Source: Octopus vulgaris (Eukaryota). Taken from it: 64,000 nucleotides of DNA. Positions 39,229 through 52,688 of this stretch are shown here, piece by piece; positions within the stretch are counted from its first letter, which is position 1, and every line of letters begins with the position of its first letter. The DNA lies in contig OX597819.1 in the NCBI GenBank assembly GCA_951406725.2, forward strand, positions 56,110,001 to 56,174,000. The letters are read 5' to 3'. A model generated the notes under the pieces. The model was not told the origin of the DNA, made no database searches, and saw nothing but the letters and a program-made list of their open reading frames with translations. A program made the translations under genes and the position numbers.

Positions 39229-41088
39229 CCACATCTATATACGTACACTATATTTTATTGACCTCAAAAAGATGAAATCCCACAGTTGACCTATGTGGGA
39301 TTTGGACTTAGGCTTTAAAGAGCCGGAAGAAATGTCGCTAAGCATTTCCTCCAACTTGCTAATGATTCCCCACCTTTCTAATAGTCACAGAGGAGAGGAA
39401 ATACCTTATAATACGTTGGCTCCAAATTTTGGCTCAAAGTCAGTAATTTCGTGGAAAAGGGTAAGTCGATTACATCGACACTGAAAGGATGAAAGGCAAA
39501 GCCAACACCGGAGCTCTCTGAACTCGGAACGTAAAGTCGGAAAAACTGTGGCAAAGCAATTTGTCTGGCGCAGTAACGATTCTGCCAGCTCGCCGCCTTT
39601 ACCTTGTGAAATATTAATGCATTTCGTTAATGTACAGCCACGTAATGGAACACCTAAACAAGAGTAAACATTATTCACTCGCCATACATTTGTTATATAT
39701 TTTTGATATTCAATGTTTTTTAAATACTTACTGAGACATTTCACATATGGTCTGCGTTGCTGAATTTGCTTGTTTTAAAAACTTTCAACTATATAAACCA
39801 CCCTGGTTCCCTTTCCCCTGCTATCCTTAGTCGTTAGATCAATAATTTCAAATTATATAGATTGTATAGATTTTTTCTCTCCCTTCCTGCTTGTTTGTTA
39901 CCAATTATTAGAAAAGAACTAGTGAGCCGTAACTTAACTTGTAATTTAGCGGAAATATCTGGAAATATCCGGAAATAACCGGAAGTTTATGTTTGCCGGA
40001 AAAAATAACATGATAGTAAAATATTGGTCGGAACTTTTTTTGTTCATCTCAATTTCATTTTTTTTTAGAAAACCATTGTCTGTTGATCTTTTGTTATGAT
40101 ATACATTCCCGTGCACCAAACCACTGAAATACAAACGGAATATGTTATACCACCATTATATTCTGGTCCGAGCTTTCCTGGCTTCTAAATGTTTATTCTT
40201 GTCTGTCTGTCTTTCTTTAGCTTCAAGGATAAGGGCAATAAAAATGACCAAGAAGGTGCATAATATATGGCAAAATTTAGTTCTACCTTGCGTAGTTTTG
40301 TGTTCAAATCACTCCAAACCCTATTTTTGCTTTGTTTCTTACAGAATCGCTAAGTTAATTGCTAGATAGGAAAACGAGAGTATATTCTTATAAGGCTGTA
40401 ATCCGATGTCACCATGTGTGTTTTGTGTGTCGATAAAGCTCAGATCACTTAGAAATCGAATATAGATATCAGATCATTTGGGGATATTATCGGTAATAAA
40501 GTGATAAAGAATCCCTAGAATGACCTCGCCTTCATTTATGTAACCTGACGAAACTGAAAAAAGAAGAAGAAAACAAATTGACATTATTCTTAAAAGCTTT
40601 TTTGTGGATACAGGATGTATGAACATTTAATTATATTGGTGTCAACTTGCAAAGAAAAATGGCCCTTCTGGCAAATCAGAGAGAAACCGATTAATGCAAA
40701 GATAAAGCAAAATGAGGGACAGCTTATTAAAAATAATTTGATTACAATCTATCCATCACATATTCCTGTGTAGATATTTCAGCTGTGCAACGTGTCCTGA
40801 ATAACAGGAACGGTTTGCTGGAACTTGCCAAAGCTTTCATAACTATGAATTATAGAAATATCCTACGCTTCGATGATTATGTTCATGAACAGAAAGCAAC
40901 TTAATCATATATTTGACAAATTTAGCAAGTCTCTCACTACATTATATCGATTGAAAATATTTCTCATGGTACCTATTTTTAAAATAATCAAGATTGGATC
41001 GTAGAGTGTTAAAAGTCATTGGCCGTCATAAAGTAAGGGATTCGGTTAGCTTTGCGTCAAACTTCACGTTCATTAAAGAATTATTGGC

Positions 41089-41159
<71 letters not shown>

Positions 41160-41343
41160 TGTGTAAATCATACGATTAAAAAATAGAATAATTTATCAGT
41201 CGTTCGTTTGCGTAATAAAAGTCGTAAGACTACATATTTCCATATATAGGAGTGTATAAAGATATATACACAAAAAGAAGACCCATAACAGGACTTCTTA
41301 CATGCTAAAAAGGACAGTTAAACCCAAACCCAAATTAGTTACG

Positions 41344-41401
<58 letters not shown>

Positions 41402-41620
41402 AACACTACTACATGAACCCGAAGATTGCAGAATTCAATGCATGAAAGTACTAGTTCAATCAGAATGAATATTTAACATTCTACTATTTCATTTTATTTT
41501 ATTCAATTATAATATATTATCTTATAATATATCATTATAAGATTGTAAATAAAACGTGAAAATCAGACAAGGTTGGAATTCTTTTTATTAATATATTCTT
41601 CTATACACAATCACACACAC

Positions 41621-41675
<55 letters not shown>

Positions 41676-41676
<1 letters not shown>

Positions 41677-41705
41677 TAGCAGTGATACCCGGCGTTGCCC
41701 GTGTC
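41676..41705 (-). mobile_element. Helitron-like 3' terminus
   Basis: Minus strand cgggcaacgccgggtatcactg-CTAG followed by T: GC-rich hairpin-like motif upstream of CTAG. Confidence 0.5.
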
Positions 41706-41919
41706 ACATAGACTTGAAGAATTAGACTTTTCTTTTATATTTTCTCTAATGAACTGGAATACCTATGATTCGAATTTCATCAAAATTGCTGATGAAGAAT
41801 TAAAATGAAGGTTCTTTCCCTATTTACACACTCTAACAAAAATTCTAGTCATACTCACATACACTTACACACACACACACCATATTCATACCTAACTTTT
41901 CTTCCACTTTTGTTACATA

Positions 41920-42326
41920 CCAGTTTTCACATCCGTTATGGATGAGAGAAATGAAAAGTACAAAAAAAAAACCGAAGGAGAAACAATGGACAGGTCCCAA
42001 TTCACATGCTTAGTGAGAAAACTGCAAAATCTGAAATGACACAATTGAAAGGACAACGCACATCAACAGGATCAGACGCTGGAACTGGATCGGACATGTC
42101 CTCAGGTAAGCGCGAGAAAACTATTATATGGTGGTATTAAAGTGATAAGCTGAGGGGAAAAGTGCAGCCGAGCACCCTAAAACGACATGGCGAAGGACCA
42201 TTGACAAGGAAATGAAACTACAAGGATGGAGAATCTGGAATGAGGCAAGAAGAATGGCAGAAAATAGAGTTGGCTGACAGAGATTGTGTTGCGGCCTTAT
42301 ATGCTACGTGACACGGAAAGAACTAA
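41920..42326 (+). mobile_element. RTE-type LINE 3' fragment
   Basis: RRWNWIGHVLR and WRRTIDKEMK..W.EARRMAENR..W motifs, frameshifted. Confidence 0.8.
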
Positions 42327-43833
42327 CTACTTTGTACTCATACATATGAAGGCACACACATTAATTGTATGGAAATACATATAAAATGCATTTATTTAAA
42401 GTACCGGTGGGAAGTTGACATAATTGTTAGAGTGTTAGAATGTCTCAGGGTAGTTGCTCAAACACAATGCCCTGTGAGTTCAAATCCTATTGAGGTTGAA
42501 TTTGCCTTTTATACTTTCAGACTCGATATATATATATCTATATCTATATATCTATATATCTATATCTATATCTATCTATCTATCTATCTATCTAACTATC
42601 TATCTATCTATCTATCTATATAAGGAAATAATTTTATTCTGAGACGCAGGAGAATGCTAATAATATGGATAGTTTATCCTATTCATGCTATATTATTAGC
42701 ATTACCCTGCGTTTGTGAATAAAATTATTTCCTTATCTGTATCTTTCAATACATCTCAACGCTTCTACACATATTTCAACCGCACCAATTAGTAACCGTT
42801 TCTTCAGTGTCTTTACTTTAATATCCTTCAATCTAACCGTTTAAAATTTTTCGTTTATCCAATTTGCGTTGTATGATGTAGAGTTTGTCGTTAAGTTTGA
42901 CGCGAACTACCTTCAATTAAAGTTTTGATTCTATAATCACTTATATAATCCTTTATTTCGAAACATTCTGTTCTTTAAATGTTTACTATTCGTTTATACT
43001 GGGAAATGTGAATTTCCCCATGTGCAAGCATCTCAAAACTTGTTCCTGTCTAGAATTTATTACACTATCCTTAGATGTAAAAATCTGGTAAAATTCTTCT
43101 AAACATGGGTTACTCTTTTTAGTTCCAGGTCCGTATGTATAAATTAATCCCCAATTGATAGTATAGCCTTTGTTTCTGACTTTAATAGACCAGATTAATT
43201 AACTAAGACTTGTTTGGAATCTTTTATTTTTATATTTAATGTAATATATTCAGAATTATCCAAGGGAATATATCTCTAAATTCTTATCATATAAGAATAT
43301 TATTAGATTTACATACTAACAGTTGAATAACCCATTTTGAATACCTAACTGTGAGCAAACCGGTAATCGCTTGGAGTAATCCCTTACTCTTTACTTCCCT
43401 CTCACCCACTCTCTCTCTGTATATATATGTGCGTGTGCGTGTGTGCGTGTGTGTGTGTGCGTGTGTGTGTGCATGTGTGTGTGTGTGTATGTGCGTAAAT
43501 ACATTCATTATATTAAGGGTTATAACTACACGTAAATTCCTCACACTGTTATGGGTCTCTGAAGTCAAACTACTTTAATAAATGCACACGGCACGGAAAG
43601 CGACTAAATCTGTTTTTAAAAGGTAACATTTCAAGTTGCATTCTTTCGCTTTCGGTTCCATGTGTATTTAGTAAAGTAGTTTGACTTCAGAGTTTCGAAA
43701 CAGCGAAAGGCATTTACGTATAGTAATAAATGTATTTATATTCAAAGGGAAAAATTATATATTTTGTATGAATTTTTTCCTGAACTAGTTTCCCACGCTG
43801 ACTACTTGATAAATTCTTATATAGATTTTATCC

Positions 43834-43929
<96 letters not shown>

Positions 43930-43965
43930 ATTTATAAATATATATATATATAAGTATAAATATAA

Positions 43966-44013
<48 letters not shown>

Positions 44014-44114
44014 TAATAAAAGGCTTCAAATAAGGTAGCGTAGTGCTAGAAACACAAAAAGGGATAAATTCATGAAAGGAATGAAAATTAAAAACATTTA
44101 CCATCTCAGCTATA

Positions 44115-44190
44115 TCCCAGACCGAACGGTTTCTACCTATTTTTAGCAAACACACAGAATATATTTGCTAGGCCAGGTTCTTCAGTGGGA
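44115..44190 (-). ncRNA. Type I hammerhead ribozyme
   Basis: tccca-CTGAAGA-acct...aggt a-GAAA-ccgttcgg-TC-tggga. Confidence 0.9.
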
Positions 44191-44321
44191 AGCCTTCGTA
44201 ATCCTAGACGCACAGACTGTTAGAAGCACATGTAGATCTAAAGGTTTGAAAAGTTAGGATATACAAAGCGTTAGATCTACATGTGCCTCTAACAGTCTGT
44301 GCGTCTAGGATTACGAAGGTT

Positions 44322-44398
44322 TCCCACTGAAGAACCTGGCCTAGCAAATATATTCTGTGTGTTTGCTAAAAATAGGTAGAAACCGTTCGTGTCTGGGA
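44322..44398 (+). ncRNA. Type I hammerhead ribozyme (1-nt insertion in stem III)
   Basis: tccca-CTGAAGA-...-GAAA-ccgttcgtg-TC-tggga. Confidence 0.8.
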
Positions 44399-44593
44399 TA
44401 TAGCTGAGATGGTAAATGTTTTTAATTTTCATTCCTTTCATGAATTTATCCCTTTTTGTGTTTCTAGCACTACGCTACCTTATTTGGAAGCCTTTTATTA
44501 TATTTCTATACGAAAAATATATAGTCTAATGACTAATTCGTCCTTTGTGCTAGGCCACTGGTAATAATAAATTATTTTATTACCCTATTTGAT

Positions 44594-44652
<59 letters not shown>

Positions 44653-44656
<4 letters not shown>

Positions 44657-45215
44657 CGTATATTTGCCATTTAAATATGGCTAACCCCTAAGGGTGGATG
44701 CTACTGTAGTTTGTAGCCCCAGGAGGACACCTCCTCCAGCTGGCTATAGACACACTTTCTGTGCCCTATCAGTATTTGCAAAGGGAAGCCATCCTTCTCG
44801 TCTTCAACTTATGATACACACGGACTCGAGTTTCTGGGTATTAACGATTGTCTCACGCCGATGACGGGTCAATACCCAGAAACTCGAGTCCGTGTGTATC
44901 ATAAATTGAAGACGGGAAAGATGGCTTCCCTTTGCAAATACTGATAGGGCACAGAAAGTGTGTCTATAGCCAGCTGGAGGAGGTGTCCTCCTGGGGCTAC
45001 AAACTACAGTAGCATCCACCCTTAGGGGTTAGCCATATTTAAATGGCAAATATACGTCACGATGTGTTGCAGCTACTGTTTATAACTCGCTCTAAGATTT
45101 ACTATTGCTTGTTTACACTTTTTCGATATCAGTGTCTGTACGATACTGGAAAAAGGATATGTATTTGCGAAGGGAACCTATTTTTCATCGACAACTATGA
45201 TTGTCACTATGATTG
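44653..45215 (+). mobile_element. Family A fold-back, third locus
   Basis: Arms 44653-44842/44871-45060 with 3 mismatches, followed by the family A tail. Confidence 0.85.
44854..44896 (+). ncRNA. Minimal type I hammerhead (U4C core variant)
   Basis: cacg-CCGATGA-c gggt caat accc a-GAAA-ctcgag-TC-cgtg; palindrome actcgagt. Confidence 0.8.
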
Positions 45216-45861
45216 GGAATAAAAACCTATCAAAGGTATATATTATTTAAAATTATAATTTAGGGTATCTAAGAGATACAACCACGTTGGAAATAGCAGT
45301 CAAAACTTGACTCTAAAACCACACACACACACACACACATATATATAAAAGAAAAACGTGGCAGTACAGTTTAGAAGATTGGCAGAAAATTAGACCAAAC
45401 GCATTTAGCTGCATGAATACCCCTTTGATGCTATGACAGTAATAATGCCCACAACGACACTGATGCAAAGCTGAATTGTTTATTAAAAAATGACTTACAC
45501 TTGGAAAACAGTAGAGCGTGGAAAAAGAAACTTGCACGCGTAAACTTGCCAATTGAAAGCAGACCGATACCAGTTCAGTTTGAATCTTAATTTTATATTG
45601 GGCTTAATATATTCTCTTTGGTGTTTAGAAGGTTCATATTTGTTATTGCCGTGTCCTTATTAATTTATAGGATTTCTTATATACGTTTGCATTACTAAAT
45701 GACTTTATCGATTAATCTCTCAATCTATTGCTGCACATGTTCTGTCATGTTATATATGTATGTATATTGTTATGCTGGTTTTAAAATAATAAATAGACAT
45801 AATATAATGTCTTAAAGTTGATGAATACCACCTCTTGATCCCATCTATTTTCTTATTGCTG

Positions 45862-45907
<46 letters not shown>

Positions 45908-45909
<2 letters not shown>

Positions 45910-46297
45910 CTCTTTATTCTTTTACTTGTTTTAGTCATTTGGCTGTGACCATGCTGGAGCCCCGCCTTTAGTCGAACAAATCGACCCCAGGACTTATTCT
46001 TTGTAATCCTAGTACTTATTCTTTCGGTCTCTTTTGCAGAACCGCTAAGTTACGGGGACATAAACACACCAGCATCGGTTGTCAAGCGATGTTGGGGGGA
46101 CAAACACAGACGCACAAACACACACACATATATATACATATATACGACGGGCTTCTTTCAGTTTCCGTCTACCAAATCCACTCACAAGGCTTTGCTCGGC
46201 CCGATGCTATAGTAGAAGACACTTGCCCAAGGTGCCACTCAGTGGGACTGAACCTGAAACCACATGGTTCGTAAGCAAGCTACTTACCACACAGCCA
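45908..46297 (-). mobile_element. SINE S1, near full length
   Basis: Colinear with other S1 copies. Confidence 0.9.
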
Positions 46298-46591
46298 ATC
46301 TGAATTAAAATAGGGTATTTGTTTTAATCATTACAATACTTGCGTCACGTAATACTATGTTTTAATGGGAAAATAAAAGTAAACCCAAAAAGAAAAACAC
46401 AGTGATTTACAATGCTGCATATAAAGTTTTATCCCCAAAATGGGGAAGATCGAAAATATCCAGACTTTCATCGTTTATTTTATGTCCAAAAAAAAGTAAA
46501 GAAAGAAAATAAAAGAAATTTGTACCCCGAGAAAATAGCTGGTAGGGTTGTTTTGAAGCGTTTCATATTACGCAGTATGAAGAATTATTTA

Positions 46592-46781
46592 TGTTGTGTG
46601 GACACCCCCTGACGATGAAGTAGGCTAGCCCAATACGTAGATATAGAGGGAGAAGCCTAGACATCCAGAGCACAGAAGAGTAGCAGTCAGAGTAGCGATG
46701 AGAGCACAGTTGAGTAGCAGTCGGAGTAGGAGAGCAGAGTCGAGTTGAGTAGTAGAAGGCATCCGAACGTGCGACATAACA
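46592..46781. mobile_element. Solo LTR (190 bp)
   Basis: TGTTGTGT...ACATAACA termini; 5-bp TSD ATTTA at 46587-46591 and 46782-46786. Confidence 0.75.
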
Positions 46782-46987
46782 ATTTATAATACCAAGATAT
46801 ATACTGTTAGGCTTCCCATAAAGAAAGAAGGCATCTTTTGTACCGGGCAAGGGAACTGTCAGCTTACACTGCTTCAGAAACAAAAGTTCTCTGGAATAGA
46901 GAATCGCAGTACCAGAGATGATGAGAGATTCCACTCTGAATGTAATTTACCAATTGTGAAAACAACTGTTGTACTAATTTCTCTCTG

Positions 46988-47438
46988 ATCTTTTATCGTT
47001 AACTTGTTTCGGTCATTTGACTGCGCCCATGTTGGAGCACTTCCTTGAAGAATTTGTAGTCGAAAGAATCGGCCGCAGCACTTATTTTCTTCAGGCCTGG
47101 TACTTATTCTACCAGTCTCTAAGTTACGGGGGTGGGGTAAACACACGAACACCGGTTGTTAAGTGGGGGTTGGGGGACAAACACAGACAAAAAGTCACCC
47201 ACAAACACACACTTACACACAAACACACACTTACACACAAACACACACACATACACACACAAACACACAATCACATACGACGGGCTTCTTTCAGTATTCA
47301 CCTACCAAATCTACTCATAAGACTTTGATCGACCCGACGCTATAGTAGAAAATACTTGCCCAAGGATCCACACAGTGGGACTGAACCTGGAACCATGCGG
47401 TTGGGAAACAACCGTCTTACCACAACCACGCCTGTGCC
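46988..47438 (-). mobile_element. SINE S1, diverged
   Basis: Colinear with S1. Confidence 0.8.
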
Positions 47439-47531
47439 TCAGTTCGCGATTGTGAATATCGTTGTTTTTATTCATCTATCCATCCATCCCTCTATCCATA
47501 CATACATTTATACATGTATTCATATATTCAA

Positions 47532-47574
<43 letters not shown>

Positions 47575-47577
<3 letters not shown>

Positions 47578-48326
47578 TAAGGGTAAAAATTGATATTAGT
47601 CAATTAAAACCAGTGGTCTAGCATATTAAAAAGAATCCGAAGATTAAAATATTTATATATACCAATTAAGGACTGAACACGAAAAAGTGGACAGTCAACA
47701 TGCTAGATATAGACGTCAAATCGCCATTCTCCACAAAGATTATGTTCTCAAATAAAATAAAATTCAGCACGACCCAAAGCAATAGATAAGACAAAAGAAA
47801 TATACGAAATGGAATAATCACCTGTGTACCGAACGGTTTCAGTTATTAATATCACAAGGATATCTGTAACTTCGTCAGCACAGTTTGTTATGAAAATAAT
47901 TTGCTGTACTAAATGAAAAACGATACCGGAGTCTCGTATGCAAAAAGTACAACCGATTAAGTTCGAATGTATCTTTCAAATGCCTTTACTTTTGGCGCGC
48001 TGAGACTCGAAAAACCAGCATGCAGCTAATAATTAGCAGCAGTCAATTTATCGGTTTAAGAACATATATTTCATATTTAAAAATTAAGGGTAAAAATTGA
48101 TATTAGTCAATTAAAACCAGTGGTCTAGCATATTAAAAAGAATCCGAAGATTAAAATATTTATATATACCAATTAAGGACTGAACACGAAAAAGTGGACA
48201 GTCAACATGCTTTTGGGTCGTGCTGAATCTTATTTTATTTGAGAACATAATCTTTGTGGAGAATGGCGATTTGACGTCTATATCTAGCATGTTGACCGTC
48301 CACTTTTTCGTGTTCAGTCCTTAATT

Positions 48327-48330
<4 letters not shown>
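47575..48330 (-). mobile_element. Penelope-like tandem+inverted element (family E)
   Basis: Direct repeat 47575-47703 = 48081-48210; 48211-48330 inverts ~47658-47780; (TA)n on both sides. Confidence 0.85.
47822..47883 (-). ncRNA. Canonical-core type I hammerhead ribozyme
   Basis: ctgtg-CTGACGA-agtta..gatatc cttgt gatatt..taact-GAAA-ccgttcgg-TA-cacag. Confidence 0.9.
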
Positions 48331-48383
<53 letters not shown>

Positions 48384-49085
48384 GCATACATATATATGTT
48401 TATACATATATATATACTATTTATATTTGCTTATATATACATATTTACATGCATATATATATGTATATGTACAGTATGAAATCAGCCAAAACGTATACAT
48501 ACATATATAGAACCTTCTGTCTTTTTAGCCTTATACATCATGTATAAACATGCAACTTTAAGAAAGAGACTGAGACATTACACAGAAATGCTTTTATGGA
48601 AAGATAATTGAAGGACCACTGGGAGATTGCGACAAATATCTACACATGGATCCGCAAAGCAAATGAAATAGAATTGATCGAAACACGTGACTGAGTGATT
48701 ATAATTTGACATAATGTTTATTAAGTAATGTGCATAAAGGCGTGATGTTGATATCATTCATGTCTGAGCAGGCAGAAATTACAGGAAACTGTATTAAGTA
48801 ACTTTCCATATTTAACACATTACCACCGCCACCAGAGTCGATAAAAAATTGATAACCGGACATGCACAGATAGCTATATTCTTCTATACAAATTTTGTGG
48901 CTTTGACCCATTATTACAAATAATTATTATTGAAATGCAGTGCAATTTCTCAATTCAGATAAGTGGATAAAAATACTTCTTGATATTGATTAGTATTCCT
49001 TCGTGCAGTGAGTCAAGAAATAACAACGATGTAAACAACTACAACTTCGATAAGGTTCTCTGCATAATCGTTCAACAGTATAGAA

Positions 49086-51486
49086 CAGTGATTCCCAGCG
49101 TGGTCCCTGAGGCCCAGTGGTGGTCCCCAGAGAATTTGTAGCCATAAAAATTTGAAGCCATTTCAGATCTACACAATATTGTTCGATAATAAAAACACTG
49201 TTAGCTAATAATAATTTATAAGAAGACAATAATAATAAGAAAACAAAATAATATATTACAATTAAGAATTACCTAATTTAAATTTTACAATCACAACAGT
49301 TTCATAATAAATTTTGATATTTTTAATATTTCGCTACATAATATTGTTTAATAATATATTTGATACTTTTAATTTATAGAAATAAAGTATTTATTATTTT
49401 ATAAAAATAAAGTATTTATCATTTATATTTTTTAAAGATCAGTTGTAATAATGTCTGAAACAACTGTTAAGAAGGCAAAACTGAGGAACTACAAAGAAGA
49501 TTTTATCATGTTTGGTTTTGTATCTGTAGACTCAAAACCTATGTATCTTGAATGTGATGCCATCATGACAAATCAGCATCAGAAATTAAGGCATCCGTCA
49601 TCTGTTGGTAAAGGTAGGGGAACGTTTTGAGAATAAAAAGAAAATACAGCCAATCAAACTACCCGGCTTTGTGAAGATCAATACTGAAAAAGCAAAGACA
49701 CTCAAACCAAGTTATTTGGTCTCTGAAATTATTGCCAAGGTTGCAGCACCTCAGATTTATGGTGAGAAACTTGTCAAGCCTGCTATGATAGCTTGTGCAA
49801 AAGAGGTTCTGGGAAAAGATGCTGCATCTACTCTGAGTACAATTCTACTTTCAAATAACACAGTTACAAGAAGACAGGATGAAATGTCTAATTTTGTTGA
49901 GGAGAAGATTGTGGAAATTTTCCAGACACATTTTTCTATCCAGGTTGATGAGAACACAATTCATAACCAAGCTATCATTCTGGTCTATGTCAGATTCATC
50001 CATGAAGATGATATAAAGGAAGAAATGTTATTCATTAAAAGTTTGTCTGAAACTACTAATGGAGAAGATATATTCAATGATGTAATGTAGTATTTTGATG
50101 ATAAAAATATTCCATTGACTAATTTGATCAACATTGCATCAGATGGAGCTGCAGCCATGACTGGAAAAGTGAAAGGCTTTGCTTCTAGAATGAAATTAAT
50201 TGCTTTTCACATTTTTCATATACATTGCATTATCCACAGACAGCATTTGGTTGCTAAGAATATTGGAGGACACATGGAAGAAGCACTCAACACTGCCATA
50301 CATGCAATTAACTTTGTCAAATCAAACTCAGTGAATAATAAGATTTTTTATACAATTCTGTGAAGATGAAGAGTTTAAAACCCTATTGCTTCACACAGAA
50401 GTAAGATGGTTGTCAAAAGGCCTGAGCCTTGAAAGACTTGTGAATTTGTGGGAACCATTAATCAACTTTTTCATGTTCAAGAGTCAGATGACTCATTACA
50501 ACACCAAAAAGCAAGCTGATACTGCTAAGAAAATTTTGGAAAGACTTTCGGAGTTTAAATCCAAAATATTCTGCTTGAGTGATATTTTTAAAACAGTGAA
50601 TCTACTTAACTTAGGTAGAAAATCAGATTTGGTCACCTGACCTCAGAAGATAAAATGGTATATGGGAAAATTAAAATTTTGGAAAAATTAGTTTGAATAA
50701 ATAAATTTGGCATCATTTTAAGATTTTAACACCACTGTTACTACATCAGAAGGTATTACTGCATGCATTGCTATTATTGAAGGTCTTCATGTAGAATTTG
50801 AAAGAAGATACAATGATTTATTAAAGATGGATTATCCACTCTGGTTTGTAGACCTAGAAAATTATGAGCCAGAAGATGAAAATTTTGTGTTGGCTGAAAT
50901 GTTGTTAGATTTGGAAGGGAATATGAAACTGAGAAAAAGAGTTGAAAAAGAAGGTGTATTTACCTACATATCGATAAAGGAATCACACCCAAATATTTTT
51001 CGACATGTAGAAGCAAGCATCATTTCTTTTCCTACCAGATGCATGGTGGAATCTGCATTTTCATCTGTTGTAGATATTTTAAGTAGAAAAAGAAAAAAAA
51101 ATTGTCAACAGCAGAGGAACTATCAGACTAAAGCTAAATGAGTTCATGAAAATTGATTATGATATCTTGTGTCAGAAACACCAATATCAAGCTAGTCACC
51201 AGCTGAATGGACTAAAAATGAACGACTTTATGAAAAATGATTTTGATATCTTGTGTCAGAAACACCAATATCAAGCTAGTCACAAGCTGAACGGTCTAAA
51301 AAAGAACGACTTTATGAAAAAGGATTTTGAGATCTTGTGTTTATCTTTGTTTACTAACATAAATTAAAAATTTTATCTCTTGTTTGCTAAAATAAATTTC
51401 GAGGTGTAAATAGACTATTTTGTCTTTTCATTAAGTATTTTAGTGTGAAAATAAAACGGCATAAAGTAAAAGGTTGGGAACCACTG
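49086..51486 (+). mobile_element. Full-length hAT transposon, Buster/Charlie type
   Basis: TIR cagtgattcccagc / ggttgggaaccactg; perfect 8-bp TSD GTATAGAA (NNNTANNN) at 49078-49085 and 51487-51494. Confidence 0.95.
49451..51210 (+). pseudogene. Disrupted hAT transposase
   Basis: LSNNTVTRR, FSIQVDE, DGAAAMTG, HCIIHRQHL, HTEVRWLSKG, VESAFS motifs over several frames with stops; 84-bp tandem duplication at 51146-51340. Confidence 0.95.
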
Positions 51487-51614
51487 GTATAGAACACCAG
51501 TGATAACTTGATAAGCGACATCTATATTTCTTATTTCATTATTGCCCACAAGGGGCTAAACATAGAGGGGACAAACAAGGACAGACTAAGGGATTAAGTC
51601 GATTTCTATTTCTC

Positions 51615-51790
51615 TTTTCCTTCACATGGACATCGTGCCGCAAAACATCTCCAGTTTTGAATATAGTCGCCCGCATCGTCCCAGCTGATACTCAACTGCT
51701 TCAGTTCTTCGTTGAAGGAGATGCACTATGTTTCCTTGGGTCTTCTTCCCTTCGTGCCGCTGTTTTCGATATTTGCTCTTCTGGCAGTCT
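51615..51790 (-). mobile_element. RTE LINE 3' fragment
   Basis: GRRPKET*...ELKQLSISWDDA...NWR motif pattern. Confidence 0.55.
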
Positions 51791-51799
51791 TCAGACCAT

Positions 51800-52175
51800 T
51801 TTATCTTTTGTTCCTTATTTATTTCAGTCACTTGATTCTACCACGTTGGTGCAGTGCCTTGAAGGGTTTAGTCGAAGAAATCAATCCTAGTACTTAGTTT
51901 TTTTTTCTAAGTCTGGTACTTTTTCTATGAGGTATTTTTGCCGAACAGTCACGGGATGTAAAGAAACCAAAACAGGTTGTCAGGCGGTGGGGCGAGGGAG
52001 AACGCTAACACGAAGACACATACACAGACACACACAGCTACCGAATTCACTCAGATATAGCATTAGCCGATTCGGGGCTATCGTAGAAGACACTTGCCCA
52101 AGGTGCCACACAGTGGGACTGAACTTGAAACCACATAGCCGTAGAGTGAGCTTCTTAAACACTCAGTCATTCCTA
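51800..52175 (-). mobile_element. SINE S1, diverged
   Basis: gaagacacttgcccaaggtgccacacagtgggactgaac and tail motifs. Confidence 0.7.
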
Positions 52176-52627
52176 TGTTACTTGTTGATATTAAATGTGA
52201 TATACGCATAATTATTTTGTTGTGTAATACTGGTCCAAGTACTGTCGATCACGTGCTTAGTGTTGTTGTAAAAGTAGTGTAGTTCTCTAAAGCATTCAAA
52301 TAATCAACAGTCTTAAAAAGATATTTTAAGCAATGTGGCCATTATTCGAGAGCAGAGGCCCAAAACAAATAAAATATGGATATTTTCTCTCAGAATTTTA
52401 AAAAGGTTCTTCTCAAAAATTTAACTGGTCACTGACAAAATGACAATATTTCTTTTTATTTTCTGAGTCAAGAACAAATCCAGGGATCTGCGAACGTGTG
52501 AGGGTAAGTTAATATATGAATAAATGCGGGTGTACATTTGAATGCGTTTGACATTCATTTAATGTGTGTTCACCAGACCGTGTAACATATTTGCAATCCG
52601 TATTTTCGTTCGTACACACGTACGTGT

Positions 52628-52684
<57 letters not shown>

Positions 52685-52688
<4 letters not shown>

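Larger units (their letters stand above)
44013..44598. mobile_element. Fold-back element family D, second locus
   Basis: Arms ~44013-44240/44271-44500, nearly identical; (TA)n on both sides. Confidence 0.9.

Noticed and set aside
44790-44925. A/G-only differences between arms as a trace of ADAR editing
   Set aside because: Only three sites, in both directions, and the neighbouring family D arms show C/T differences; ordinary transitions suffice
49605-50640. Domesticated ZBED/SCAND-like host gene
   Set aside because: Multiple stops and frameshifts with intact TIRs and TSD indicate a dead transposon
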